Positions 12,361 through 23,029 of a DNA stretch of 64,000 nucleotides are shown here, one piece after another (position 1 is the first letter of the stretch; each line of letters begins with the position of its first letter). The translations under genes were made by a program, and so were the position numbers. Origin of the DNA: Macrostomum lignano (Eukaryota); contig NIVC01000586.1 of the NCBI GenBank assembly GCA_002269645.1, positions 124,001-188,000 of the forward strand, given 5' to 3'. The notes beneath the pieces are model-generated. The model made no database searches and was not told the origin of the DNA. It saw only the letters and a list, made by a program, of their open reading frames with translations.

Positions 12361-13577
12361 AGCTTCAGGCGCTGGATCTTCAGCACTCCTAGCTTGAATG
12401 CGGGCTGGCGACCCAGTATCGTCAGCCCGTCGCCGTCCATGATGTGGAAGGTCGCGGTTGTTCTGGCAGATCCCACTTGGATGTCAAGATCGGCGGTACC
12501 CACAATCCTGAGAGGTGTCGGTACACCGTAGGCACGAACTTCGGCTCTTGTCGGGCGTGGGCTTGGCAGGCTGAGCGCTCTGAAGGTGCCGAGACTCATG
12601 ATGCTGCAGCTGGCTCCGCTGGAAATCATCATAGGAAGCTGCCGGTTTGCCACCTGCACAGTCAGCGAGACGTCGGATGGGTATTTGTCGCGGTTGTACA
12701 GCGCGAACACATCCTCGTTGACGGAGCCGTCGGCAGCTGTGAATACAGCATTGGTGCTGATTTGCTGCTGTGGGATCCGGCTGCTGTTTGACTGCCGAGG
12801 CTGACGGCAGGCAAGAGCGAGGTGGTTGGGCTTGCCGCAGTTGTGGCAGATCTTGCCCTTGGCAGTGTCGCAGGTGGCGTGGCCTTTCTCGCCGCAGCGG
12901 TAGCAGGTGCGCTGCTGCTGGTCGCCTGGCCTGCTGGTCGTCTGAGCCGGGCAACGCCTGTTCGTTCTCACCTTGTCGTCCTTAGCAACGCTGGCCACGT
13001 GCGAGTCTGCCTTCTCCATCTCAGTTGCTTGTTCCTCAGCAGCCTCGAATGCCCTCGCCTTCCGCAAGGCCTCCTCCAGGCTGATGTTCGCCTCCTGAAG
13101 CAGTCGCCTGCGCAGCTTGTCAGAGCTGCAGGTTGCCACGAGCTGGTCTCTGATGAGCGAGTCCTTCAGCTGTTTGAAGTCGCACGGCTCTGCCGCAGTG
13201 CGCAGTGTGGCGTACCAGGACTCGATGGACTCTCCGGTGGCCTGGGTGCATAGGCGGAACTGATATCTGGCGAATACTATGTTTTTTTCTTCCGTTGAAG
13301 AATGTCTTCAAAGCGTCCAGCGTCTGCCTGAGGGTGTAACTTGGCCGTCCTCTGTGGCCGCTGCAGGCTTGGCCTCCTCGCGGATGATGTCGGTGATTTC
13401 CTTGCCTGCTGTGTAGCTGAGTAGTTTGCACTTTTGCTTCTCGTTGGTGATGCCTGATGCATCGATGAAGTCTTCAAAGCGGTCTGTCCATTGACTCCAG
13501 CGCTTGCCCGCGTTGTGTGGGTCTGCTGATACTGAGAATGGCTCAGGTGGGGGCAGTGAGAGAAAGTTGGCTGCCAT
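12342..13577 (-). pseudogene. Gypsy gag + protease; interrupted by compensating frameshifts near 13340-13290
   Basis: ATG at 13577 (MAANFLSLPPPEPF..W..W..RFEDFI.ASGI), KNIVFARYQF, LIRDQLV, CYRCGEKGHATC and CHNCGKPNHLALAC; protease site reads MISSGASCSI, ending ILGRQ. Confidence 0.88.
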
Positions 13578-13599
13578 GATTTGTTTACCGCGCGGTAGG

Positions 13600-13615
13600 C
13601 GGCTTGCGACGCCAC
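13600..13615 (-). promoter_or_regulatory. Primer-binding site TGGCGTCGCAAGCC
   Basis: TGG starts 1 nt after the 5' LTR end on the minus strand. The priming tRNA is not identified. Confidence 0.7.
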
Positions 13616-13840
13616 TGTAAAGAGCGAAGCTGCGAGAGAAAAAAGCTATGCGTTGTGTGTAGCCGAAAAAGCCTCAATCTATTGTAGGCTCTGTGTGATC
13701 GATTTATATATTTAGCAGCGACCCTGCAGTTGGGACTGCGTACACTAAAAACAGAAAGCCAAGAATATTGGATGTACATCGCAAATGCACACCAGGACTA
13801 AAAAACACATCATGCTAGCACTGGGCAGCAGGCGCCTACA
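13616..13840 (-). repeat. 5' LTR of the Gypsy element (225 bp)
   Basis: TGTA...TACA termini; matches 8228-8451. Confidence 0.95.
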
Positions 13841-13926
13841 AGTATGACCAATCTATATGAGTATGACCAAGCTGTATGAGTATGACCAAGCTGTATGAGT
13901 ATGACCAAGCTGTATGAGTATGACCA
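13841..13926. repeat. Continuation of the 19-bp satellite on the far side of the Gypsy element
   Basis: About 4.5 GAGTATGACCAAGCTGTAT units directly after the LTR. Confidence 0.93.
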
Positions 13927-15365
13927 TGCAAGGTGTTTGAAAAAAAATTAATCTCTTTATCATCGAGCAATTCTTGGCTCATATATTTACTATCACGAAA
14001 AAAAATTCTGTAAGAACCAGGCATTTCATCAAGGACCACTGAAGTCACTTCGTTAACTTCGTCATTTTGTCACTTCGTCACTTTGTCTTCTTAAGTAGTC
14101 CTTGCATTTAATCTGCTGACAATTTCTCTGCTGTCAAACGAACCCGTCAAATGTTAAAGGATGGATTCAAACAAACAATTATTTTGAGATTTCTGTTGTC
14201 AGCTTGAGTATCATTCAGCGCAGTTGTTCATCTTAACTTTAGTGGTTTTTGCAAGGCAGCGAATTTACACTAGGCCTCTTTAGGCAAGACAATGCAATTT
14301 CCATGTTTTCGCCAGTTTAAGTTGTTAGTTTGTTGCTCATTTTTGCTTTTTTACTAAAACTCATGGTGAAGCCTTAAGCTGCATTCAAGGCTCAAGTATT
14401 CAACACAAGCTTTAGCACTCGGTGCTTAGTAGCCGGTAGGCATATTCTTGAAGTATTTGCAGGAGAAACAAAGAAGAACAATTAGATTTTTATATTCTTA
14501 GCCTGTTCGACTGTTGAAATGACACTTTTTCACTTTTTTAATTGTTTAGCTCTTGGCGCTGCACCGCATGTAATTCTTTACAAGTTTAGTGGACTGTAAG
14601 TAACTATTTTTTCAGATTTAAAGTTTTATTTTGTACTCTTAGGTATAGCATTTTTTCGGTTTAGTCTTTGTATTGTAACATAGCAAGCATTTTAGCAACA
14701 GATTGCTCAATATGTTTAATGTCTTGTCTTGGGGGGGATATATCCCCCCTATCCCCCTCCCTATGCCCCTGTTTAAAATTAATAGGCCTAACATCATAAT
14801 TACAAGGCATATGCCTATCATGCTTGGGCGCAACCTAGGGATTCGCCTGGCCATTTCTATTGGCAACACACATAAGTTGCTATTGATGGAATAGTAGTCA
14901 CATGACTACTCTCAGTCTCAGCCAATAGAAATGGCCAAGTGATTCCCAAGGTTGCACATGTATAATGTGATGCCTATAGTAGGTAATAGGCCTAGTCCAA
15001 TTTGATACTAGCCACTTCAGTAATAGCCACTTTGATAACAAATGTTGTCAAATTTGTTAATAGCCATTTTGCTTGGTAGTAATTAATATATTAATTCTAT
15101 ATATAGTATAGAAATAATTAAATATAGTATATATTGATTGATATGCTGTAAGAAGATTTTGCAAACAAACTTTAAAGAGAGAACAACTAAAAATAAATAA
15201 ACTACATTTTTTTGCAGACTTTAAGATTTGGATTGATGATAAAAACTATACATATTTTAATCCACATATAATTTTATTTTAATTTTTCGATGTGCTCGAT
15301 GCATGCAAATGTACAAGTTGAAACATCCTATTGACCAAATATTATGAACATTGGAATCTCTGAGA

Positions 15366-17079
15366 TTGTGATGGATCCGAATGTTTCGGATTCGGAAATT
15401 TTTTTTTCCAAATATTTCCGAATGTGCTTCTAAAATTCAAATCTAAAATAAATATTACAAATCAAGAAACCAAAGCATGCAACCCATTAAATAAAGAAAC
15501 TAAAAACTAAAAAGAAAGAAAATTAAAAGGCAAAGAGCAAAATCTATCAAGTTATTCTTTTTTTCTACGATTGTCTATTTTTGCAGCAATATATGTTTAA
15601 AAAAAGTTAAATAAGTAAATTTACTAAACCTAGAGACCTGTAAGACAATAAACCTAAAGTTACGGAAATATTTTGGTAATTATTGTTTAAGTGTAATAAC
15701 AGGTTTTTTCAAAATGCAAAATTGCAACTGCACGGGTCACATGGACTGTACGTACGTACAGTAAAATTATCATAATTGCACTGTATATATATATGTCACT
15801 CATTAGCTATAGTCAGTAGTACTAGAATTAGATGTTCATGTAACACGGTAGAAGTAGAACTGAATTTCCTATCTAAGTCCGTCTCTTTAAATTTGGTTTC
15901 GCGATAGATATCAGTAGAGGTCGGACAAGTAGAAGATTTTGGTCATGCGTGAATTTTTCAAAGGCAGGCGTGATCGTGATTGTGATGTGACGTTGGTGGT
16001 TATTTTATTCTCCCAGTTTGTCGATTAATATCTACTAAAAAGTATTTAATATGTACTTTATTTATATCAATTGGTTTCACTTTTATGTTTATTGAAAATA
16101 GTAAGCAATGCTTTGTTTTACTGCATTAAATAGTTATATTTAACATTTTGAATTCTGTGGCTTTGGAGAAGACTGAGCATGGTGTGCGGCTGCTGTTCCT
16201 ATCGCCAGTCATTTGATATTAGTAAACACTGATTGATTTTAGTAAACACTGATTGATTTTAGTAAACACTGAAAAAAACAGTAGTTCAAGATCGCTCTCA
16301 ATTTAGTAGTGTGACCCACTAAGGTCATCTTCGAAGCCATTCCATTGACACTGCAATTGTTCGTTACCAGTTAGCATCAGCAATAACCACTACATGTGTA
16401 ACCTGCAAATATACATAATCCGTAATCGAATTATCGGCGCCATCAGTTATCGTCACCACTAACTGTGTGTTTACTCACTACTTTAATAGCAGCCCGTCAG
16501 CACGCGAACTGGGACCAGATATCGTCACAGTGAATTTATATTAGCATACATGTATATTGAGCTCGTAAGTTACAAGTGTTGAAAATAACAAACAAGAAAA
16601 GAAATCATACTCGTATATTGATAATAGCTACTTGGCCGTAATGCTATCAAGTCAACAAATTTAAAATTTGTTAATTCTTTACACATTGTGTTCAACGTTT
16701 TTTGGTAAATCAAGTAGAAAAGTTATATTTCTAATAAAAACGTAAGCAGAAATTCACAACTGTTGGAACAGGTTTCAACAAAATCACTATCGTGAAAAAA
16801 TGGTCTTGAATTCACGATTGTGATCACATCCGACCCCTAAGATAAAAGTACGAGTACGAATATAATCCCAGGAGAGATGGAATCTTGTCAGTCAATTTAT
16901 GTGCGCACTAATTAGATGACAAGACATTTTCGTAAATTAAAAGAGTCATAGTTACTCCCGCCGTTTACCTTACACTTTTTGCTTATATTCGGAAACATTC
17001 GGATTCGGATTCGGATTTTTTTTGTACATTCGGATTCGGTTTCGGAAACTTGCAAAAATCCACATTCGGTCCATCACTA
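15366..17079. mobile_element. hAT-type non-autonomous DNA transposon, 1.7 kb
   Basis: TIRs TTGTGATGGATCCGAATGT and (reverse complement) TAGTGATGGACCGAATGT; subterminal TTCGGA repeats; 8-bp TSD CTCTGAGA / CTCTGAGT (7/8). No transposase seen. Confidence 0.75.
15915..16839. mobile_element. Possible second TIR element nested inside the hAT-like element
   Basis: Inverted ends TAGAGGTCGGA and TCCGACCCCTA; flanks AGATATCAG / AGATAAAAG match at only 7/9. Confidence 0.35.
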
Positions 17080-17649
17080 CTCTGAGTTAGCGACTTCATT
17101 AACCAAATCTAATTTTTTATTCATTAATAATTACTTAATTCAAATTTTCAATTTTCAACTATTGTATAATAATATTCTTTGCCGCCTTTAATTTTTTATA
17201 AAAGTAGGCCTAATGCACAAATTTAAACAAATTATAATTTAGTTTAACCATAAAATCAAACCATACTTGGCAGTAAAATTGTTTAATTGTTCTTTATGTA
17301 ACTAATAGTTTCTAAACTTAATTATCATGGAAATATAGTATTGGTAGTTGTAAATCTACTTTGTTATGAATGTTGCTATTACCAAAGTGGCTGTTAACAA
17401 AGTGGATTATATTTCTATAGTATGCATACTACATAGTAGCAAAACAATATGATTTCATTTTGTACTAATCTTTTTATTATTAAAAAGGTCAAGAATCAAG
17501 ATTTTAATAGTTTTGTTTTTAATACAAATAGACCCAACAATATCATTACTTAAAAAATATTAATAATAAAACAATTATTTCTTAATATTAAAAATTGAAT
17601 AGGCCTAGTTTGATTATAAAATATGCTTTGTTTATTGACAGTAAAGTCT

Positions 17650-18632
17650 TCCAATATACTAAAAATCAAAACTATGTACCTATCTATAGGAACCTTCATT
17701 TAACTTGACTCTACATGGTCGGAATTTCGTGGGGTTTTCTGCATTCGATGCGTATTGATGGTGCACTGGTACACAAAATTTTGCTAAGAAATTGCTTCAT
17801 TTTTTAGGGATTAAATATTCGAAAAACTCGATTTTTGCCCTGTTTTTTAAAGTTCAAACAGTTTTTTTCTGATTGAGAAGCATTCTGACTGCCGATGGAA
17901 TTGTATTGCATCATAACTTAGTGCCAACTATAGCATTGGTTCTCTACGCTGGCGTGGAGAGCTATAAGCGTTGAAAGGTTGCGCAACACCTTTAAGTTAT
18001 TGAATTGAGGGGCGGGTATCGCCATTCAATTAGTCCCGGGCATTGGCTTGGTTGTGAATTTCAATGCATCAACTGCAGGCCTATCACTGTAGCTGGCGCT
18101 GAATTTACACCTTATGAATTTGGCTGCTTTAAAGCAGGAATGTCCAACCGTTGTTTGTGCTTCGAGTTTTTCACTTTCAGAAGAGAGCCTTGTATTGCTG
18201 GAAAGAGCTAGAAACGCTGAGTTCGAGAATATAATCTGTTTGCTGAGATTTGAAAAATTAAAAGCACAGCATAAAAAAGAAATTTCTATACTTTTTACTC
18301 TATATTCTCATTGTACGCTCTCTCATATCGCAAACCCCTACTTATCGCAACTCCACAATTCAAGCCAGCGCCATTAGATCTAAATTTAGATTGCGTAACC
18401 ATATTGTTGACTTTAATTGTTGACTTTATTAATTGAAACTGATATTGACTGCCTGAGAAATTGATTACGTCGTAACTGCTTCGAGTGATTTCTATTGTAC
18501 TCTATGCTGGGAGTTTTCAAAGTGTTGAAATATATAAGTGCTACAATTCATGTTATCAAAACGATGAGAGCTAGCCTAGAGGTAAACAGACTGAACTGCT
18601 AATGCAGCAACGTGGGTTCGAATTTTTAGAGT
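17650..18632 (+). mobile_element. Helitron-like non-autonomous element, diverged copy A
   Basis: Starts TCCAATATACTAAAAAT; shares several blocks with copy B (GCTAAGAAATTGCT..AGGGATTAAATATTCGAAAAA; ATTGCGTAACCATATTG; CACAATTCATGT..AGCCTAGA..AACAGACTG; GCAACGTGGGTT). Confidence 0.5.
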
Positions 18633-18939
18633 GTTGAAGTTTTTTATTAAAAAAATTCATTTCAAGAAAGCTAAAGGAACCTTAAAAATGTCAAGTAAAT
18701 CAGGTAACAGAGAAGAAGCTACGAGCGTTCATGTAGTATAATCAAAAATTTTATTCAACTTTAAATTTTGAAAAGTTTTAAAAAGGACTATTCCAATAGA
18801 TAAGAAATTAATTATTGTAATAGCTGACGAAATTGTTTCACAATTTTGCTGGGGGTACTTTCTATCAGGGGATGCTTGCTATCGGAAGGACGCTTGCTTT
18901 TGGGAATGCTTGCTTGGGGAAGATTGCTAACTGGGGGAA

Positions 18940-19850
18940 TCACTGAGATGTCAAGGCTTGGTGGGGAATTCCTGAGATGTCAAGTCTTAGAGGGGGGAGG
19001 GAATTGCTGAGATGTCAAGTCTTAGAGGGAGGAGGGAATTGCTGAGATGGCAAGGCTTAGAGGGGGGAGGGAATTGCTGAGATGTCAAGGCTTAGAGGGA
19101 GGAGGGAATCGCTGAGATGTCAAGGCTTGGTGGGGAAATTCCTGAGATGTCAAGTCTTAGAGGGGGGAGGGAATTGCTGAGATGGCAAGGCTTAGAGGGG
19201 GGAGGGAATTGCTGAGATGTCAAGGCTTAGAGGGGGGAGGGAATTGCTGAGATGTCAAGGCTTCGAGGGAGGAGGGAATTGCTGAGATGTCAAGGCTTGG
19301 TGGGGAAATTCCTGAGATGTCAAGTCTTAGAGGGGGGAGGGAATTGCTGAGATGGCAAGGCTTAGAGGGGGGAGGGAATTGCTGAGATGTCAAGGCTTAG
19401 AGGGGGGAGGGAATTGCTGAGATGTCAAGGCTTAGAGGGGGAGGGAATTGCTGAGATGTCAAGGCTTAGAGGGGGAGGGAATTGCTGAGATGTCAATGCT
19501 TAACAGGGACTTGCTGAGATACCAAGGCTTGGTGGGGAAATTCCTGAGATGTCAAGTCTTGGGGGGGGGAATTGCTGAGATGCCAAGGCTAAAGAGGGAC
19601 TTGCTGAGATGCCAAGGCTTAAGAGGGACTTGCTGAGATGCCAAGGCTTAAGAGGGACTTGCTGAGATACCAAGGCTTGGTGGGGAAATTCCTGAGATGT
19701 CAAGTCTTGGGGGGGGGGAGAATTGCTGAGATGTGAAGGCTTGGGGGAATTTCCGAGATGTCAATGCTTGGTGGGGAAATTCCTGAGATGTCAAGTCTTA
19801 GAAGGGGGGAAATCTGTGAGATATCAAGTCTAAGGGGGGAGGAGGCAGGG
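18940..19850. repeat. ~33-35-bp G-rich satellite GGAATTGCTGAGATGTCAAGGCTTAGAGGGGGGAG
   Basis: Direct reading. Diverged copies recur at 20260-20375 and 20820-21235. Confidence 0.93.
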
Positions 19851-19999
19851 GGGTTGTGTGCACCCTGGCGCACTTTAAGCGACATAGGCACACAACCGGC
19901 GAGAGGCATTACTGCCCATTCCGCCGACTCCCCTGAGCAGGCACACAAGCGCGCGGATACGTACGCAGGCACACACTCACACAGGAGTGTACAGCGGCC

Positions 20000-20192
20000 C
20001 TAACTTTATATTATCGTTAGGCATGTACACTTCACTGCGCCTTGGGGGGTTGGCTCTCAAGGCCGTTAATTGCACGAGCAGAGCCAAGCCGAGATTCCAA
20101 TTCAGCCCCAAATTAATGTGACTGCACTTGGAATCGAGCCTGGGTCGCTGGCACACCAGAGCAGCTGCGCTACCGCTGGGCTACGGCCCCCC
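20000..20192 (-). mobile_element. tRNA-derived SINE
   Basis: Minus strand GGGGCCGTAGCCCAGCGG (A box) ... GGCTCGATTCC (B box), followed by a non-tRNA body shared with the 3.0-kb copy. Confidence 0.65.
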
Positions 20193-20379
20193 TTATAATC
20201 GAGGCTTGCCTTATCTAGTCGGAGGAAGTGTTAAAATTAAATCAAATGTACAAATGTAGAGCTAAAGGGGGGAATTGCTGAGATGTGAAGGCTTGGGGGA
20301 ATTTCTGAGATGTCAAAATCTTAGGGAAGGGAATTGCAGAGATTTCAAGTCCTGAGGGCGAATTGCTGAGATCTCATGT

Positions 20380-22400
20380 CTTTGGTGGGAATTCTATGGG
20401 TTGGGGATTCTTTGAATGAGGGAGGGTGCTTCTAATATATATCTTTGGATAGTGATTCATTGGGGAATTCCTTCGTTGGGGGATTACTATTTCGATGAAG
20501 GGTTCTTTGAATGGGGGATTCTTTAGATGAAGGCTTCTTTCTATAGAGTGATCCTTTGGATATGAGATTATTTGGGGGGGGGGATTCTTTATGAGGGGAT
20601 TCTTTGGATAGGGAGTATTTCGACGGTGGTTCTTTAAATAAGGGGAATCTTTGGCCAAGGATTCTTTTGATGGGGGATTATTTGAATGGGAGATTCTTAA
20701 GAGGGGGATTCTTTGGATAGGGGTGGATGGGGGATTCTTTGGATAGGGATGGATGGGGGGTTCTTTGGATAGGGATGGATGGGGGGTTCTTTGGATGAGG
20801 GATTCTTTGAGCGGAGATTCTGTGGAGGTCAAGTCTTAGGGGGGGGAATTGCTGAGATGTCAACGCTTTTGACTGGGAGAAATAGCTAAGATGTCAAGAT
20901 TTACTGGGGGGAATTACTGAGATATAAAGACTTACTGGGTGAATTACTGAGATTTCATTGCTTAATGGGAAATTCCTTAGATGTCAAGTCTTACAGAGGG
21001 GAATTGCTGAGATGGCAAGACTTACTGGGGAAATTACTGAGATATAAAGGCTTACTGGGGGAATTTCTGAGATGTCAAGGCGTGGTGGGAATTTCTGAGA
21101 TGTCAAGACTAGAGACGGGGAGAAATTGCTAAGATGTCAAGTCTTAGGGGGGGAATTACTGAGATGTCAAGGTTTAAGGGTAATTTTTGAGATGTCAAGT
21201 CTTGGGGAGGGGAATTACTGAGATTTCAAGGCTTGGTAAGAATGATTCATTGGGAACTTCTTTCGGTGGGGGATTCTTTCGATGAAGGGTTCTTTTGATA
21301 AAGGGATCTTTTGGATTGGATTGGATTGGATTTGGATTGTTTGGACGGAGATTATTTGCATGAGGGGATTCTTTAGATGGGGGTTATTTGGATGGGTGTT
21401 CTGTAGATGAGGGGATTCTTTGGCCAAGGATTCTATTTGGATGGGAGATTCTTTGGATTCTTTGGATGGGGGGTTCTTTGGATTCTTTGGATGGAGTTTC
21501 TGTTAATGGGGATTATTTGGATGTGGATTCTTTAGAGGGGGGGGGTTTCTGGAGTGGGATTCTTTGGATTCTTTGGATTGGGATTATTTGGACGGGGTTC
21601 TTTAGATGAAGGGATCATTTTGTCAATGATTTTTTAGATAAGGGATAATTTGGATTTGAGAATCTTTGGATTATTTAGATGGGGATTTTGTGGATAGGGA
21701 TTATTTGGATGTCGATTATTTAGATGGGGATTCTTTGGATATGGATGGATTGGGGGATTCTTTAGATAAGAATGGATGCAGGGTTTTTCTGGATAAGGAT
21801 AGATAGGAGGATTCTTTAGATAGGGATGGATGGGGGATTCTTTAGATAGGGATGGATTTGGGATTCTTTGGATATGGATGGATGAGGATTTTTTGGATAG
21901 GGATGGATGGGGATTCTTTGGATATGGATGGATTTAGGATTCTTTGGATATGGAAGGATGGGGGATTCTTTGGATAGGGATGGATTTGAGATTCTTTGGA
22001 TGGGGATTCTGTGTATGGGGGATTCCTTGGATAGGAAATTCATTGGATGGGGATTCTTCGAATCGGGATTCTATCAATGGGGGGTTCTTTGAATGGAAGA
22101 TTCTTTGGATATAGGATTCTTTGCATGTGAGATTCTACGGATGGGCGATTCATTGGATGGGGAATTCTTCAGATAGGAGGATTCCTTGAGTGGGGAATTG
22201 TGTGGATTGTGTGAAGTGGGGAATTAAGTGGATTCTATCGATGGAGGTTCTTTAGATGGCGGATTCTTTGGATAGGGAATTCTTTGCATGTGAGATTCTT
22301 TGCATCAGAGATTTTACAGATGGGGGATTTTTTGGATGAGGGATTCTTTGGATGTGGGATTCAGTGGGGTGAAATTTTATTGCGTGGGAAAACTGTGATT
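20380..22400. repeat. Degenerate GGGGATTCTTTGGAT-based low-complexity satellite, interleaved with the 35-bp family
   Basis: Direct reading. The segment near 21240-21420 also duplicates about 20455-20700. Confidence 0.88.
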
Positions 22401-22443
22401 GGAGTTTGGATGGAAAGCCCCAACGGGGGTTGGAATTGGCTAG

Positions 22444-22991
22444 TCCTATATACTAAAAATGAGTTGTCTGTGGGTATGCGATAGATTTCAGAAAAATTGG
22501 CTCAACCGATTTTCTTCAAACTTGCACCATTCGATCAGAAATTTTCCTGGGATGGTACATGCATCTTGGCTAAGAAATTGCTTAATTCTAAAGGGATTAA
22601 ATATTCGAAAAATATGCTTTTTTGCAAAGGTCCAGCAAAATTTTCGACTTGAAATGCATTGTAAGAATGCTAGAGAAAAAACTGACTTCTTACAATACAA
22701 AACTGACTGAATTCCGATTGTGATAAAGATTGCATCACAACAAGTTGAAAACAGTGTCGAAGAAATACACACAAGACTTGATTTAAATTGCGTAACCATA
22801 TTGCTAACTTGAACTGAGACTGATACTGGCTGACTGAGAAATTGATTATGTCATAACTTTTTACTTTAATTGACTTGCTGTAAGAATTGAATTATAAGGG
22901 CCACAATTCATGTACTCCAATTGAAAAGAGATAGCCTAGATACGAACAGACTGGACTGCCAACGTAGCAACCTGGGTTGGAATCTTAGTAG
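22444..22991 (+). mobile_element. Helitron-like non-autonomous element, copy B
   Basis: 5' TCCTATATACTAAAAATGAGTTGTCTGT..GGCTCAACCGATTTTCTTCAAACTT resembles the 5' ends of small insect-type Helitrons; 3' hairpin CAACC-TG-GGTTG followed by TTAGTAGT. No RepHel coding sequence. Confidence 0.55.
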
Positions 22992-23029
22992 TGCAAAATA
23001 ATTTTTTTATTAAAACACCTTGAAAACAT

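Larger units (their letters stand above)
8228..13840 (-). mobile_element. Two-LTR but defective Ty3/Gypsy retrotransposon, Mag-like clade
   Basis: Two ~225-bp LTRs, PBS, PPT, gag with twin Zn knuckles, and PR-RT-RH-IN order. There are several frameshifts and two internal deletions (end of RNase H to IPESL; integrase YSKYP to LRRLF). The TSD is not clean: right flank AGTAT, left flank eroded. Confidence 0.95.
6260..14100 (-). mobile_element. Helitron-like non-autonomous element split by the 19-bp satellite and Gypsy insertion (pieces about 6260-6567 and 13927-14100)
   Basis: The reverse complement of 6500-6567 (GATTAGATTTTTTGAAAAACATGTTTTTTGCAAAGGTCAAGCA) and of 13930-14010 (GATAGTAAATATATGAGCCAAGAATTGCT..TAAAGAGATTAA) align to adjacent segments of the copy at 22444-22991. 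Ends are approximate. Confidence 0.55.

Noticed and set aside
13600-13615. Idea that the local tRNA-Ser(GCT) primes the Gypsy element
   Set aside because: PBS TGGCGTCGCAAG diverges from the expected TGGCGACGAGGA after five bases; there is no real support.
14725-14770. GGGGGGATATATCCCCCC hairpin with CCCTATGCCCCTG, like a DNA-transposon end
   Set aside because: No partner TIR found; an isolated fragment.
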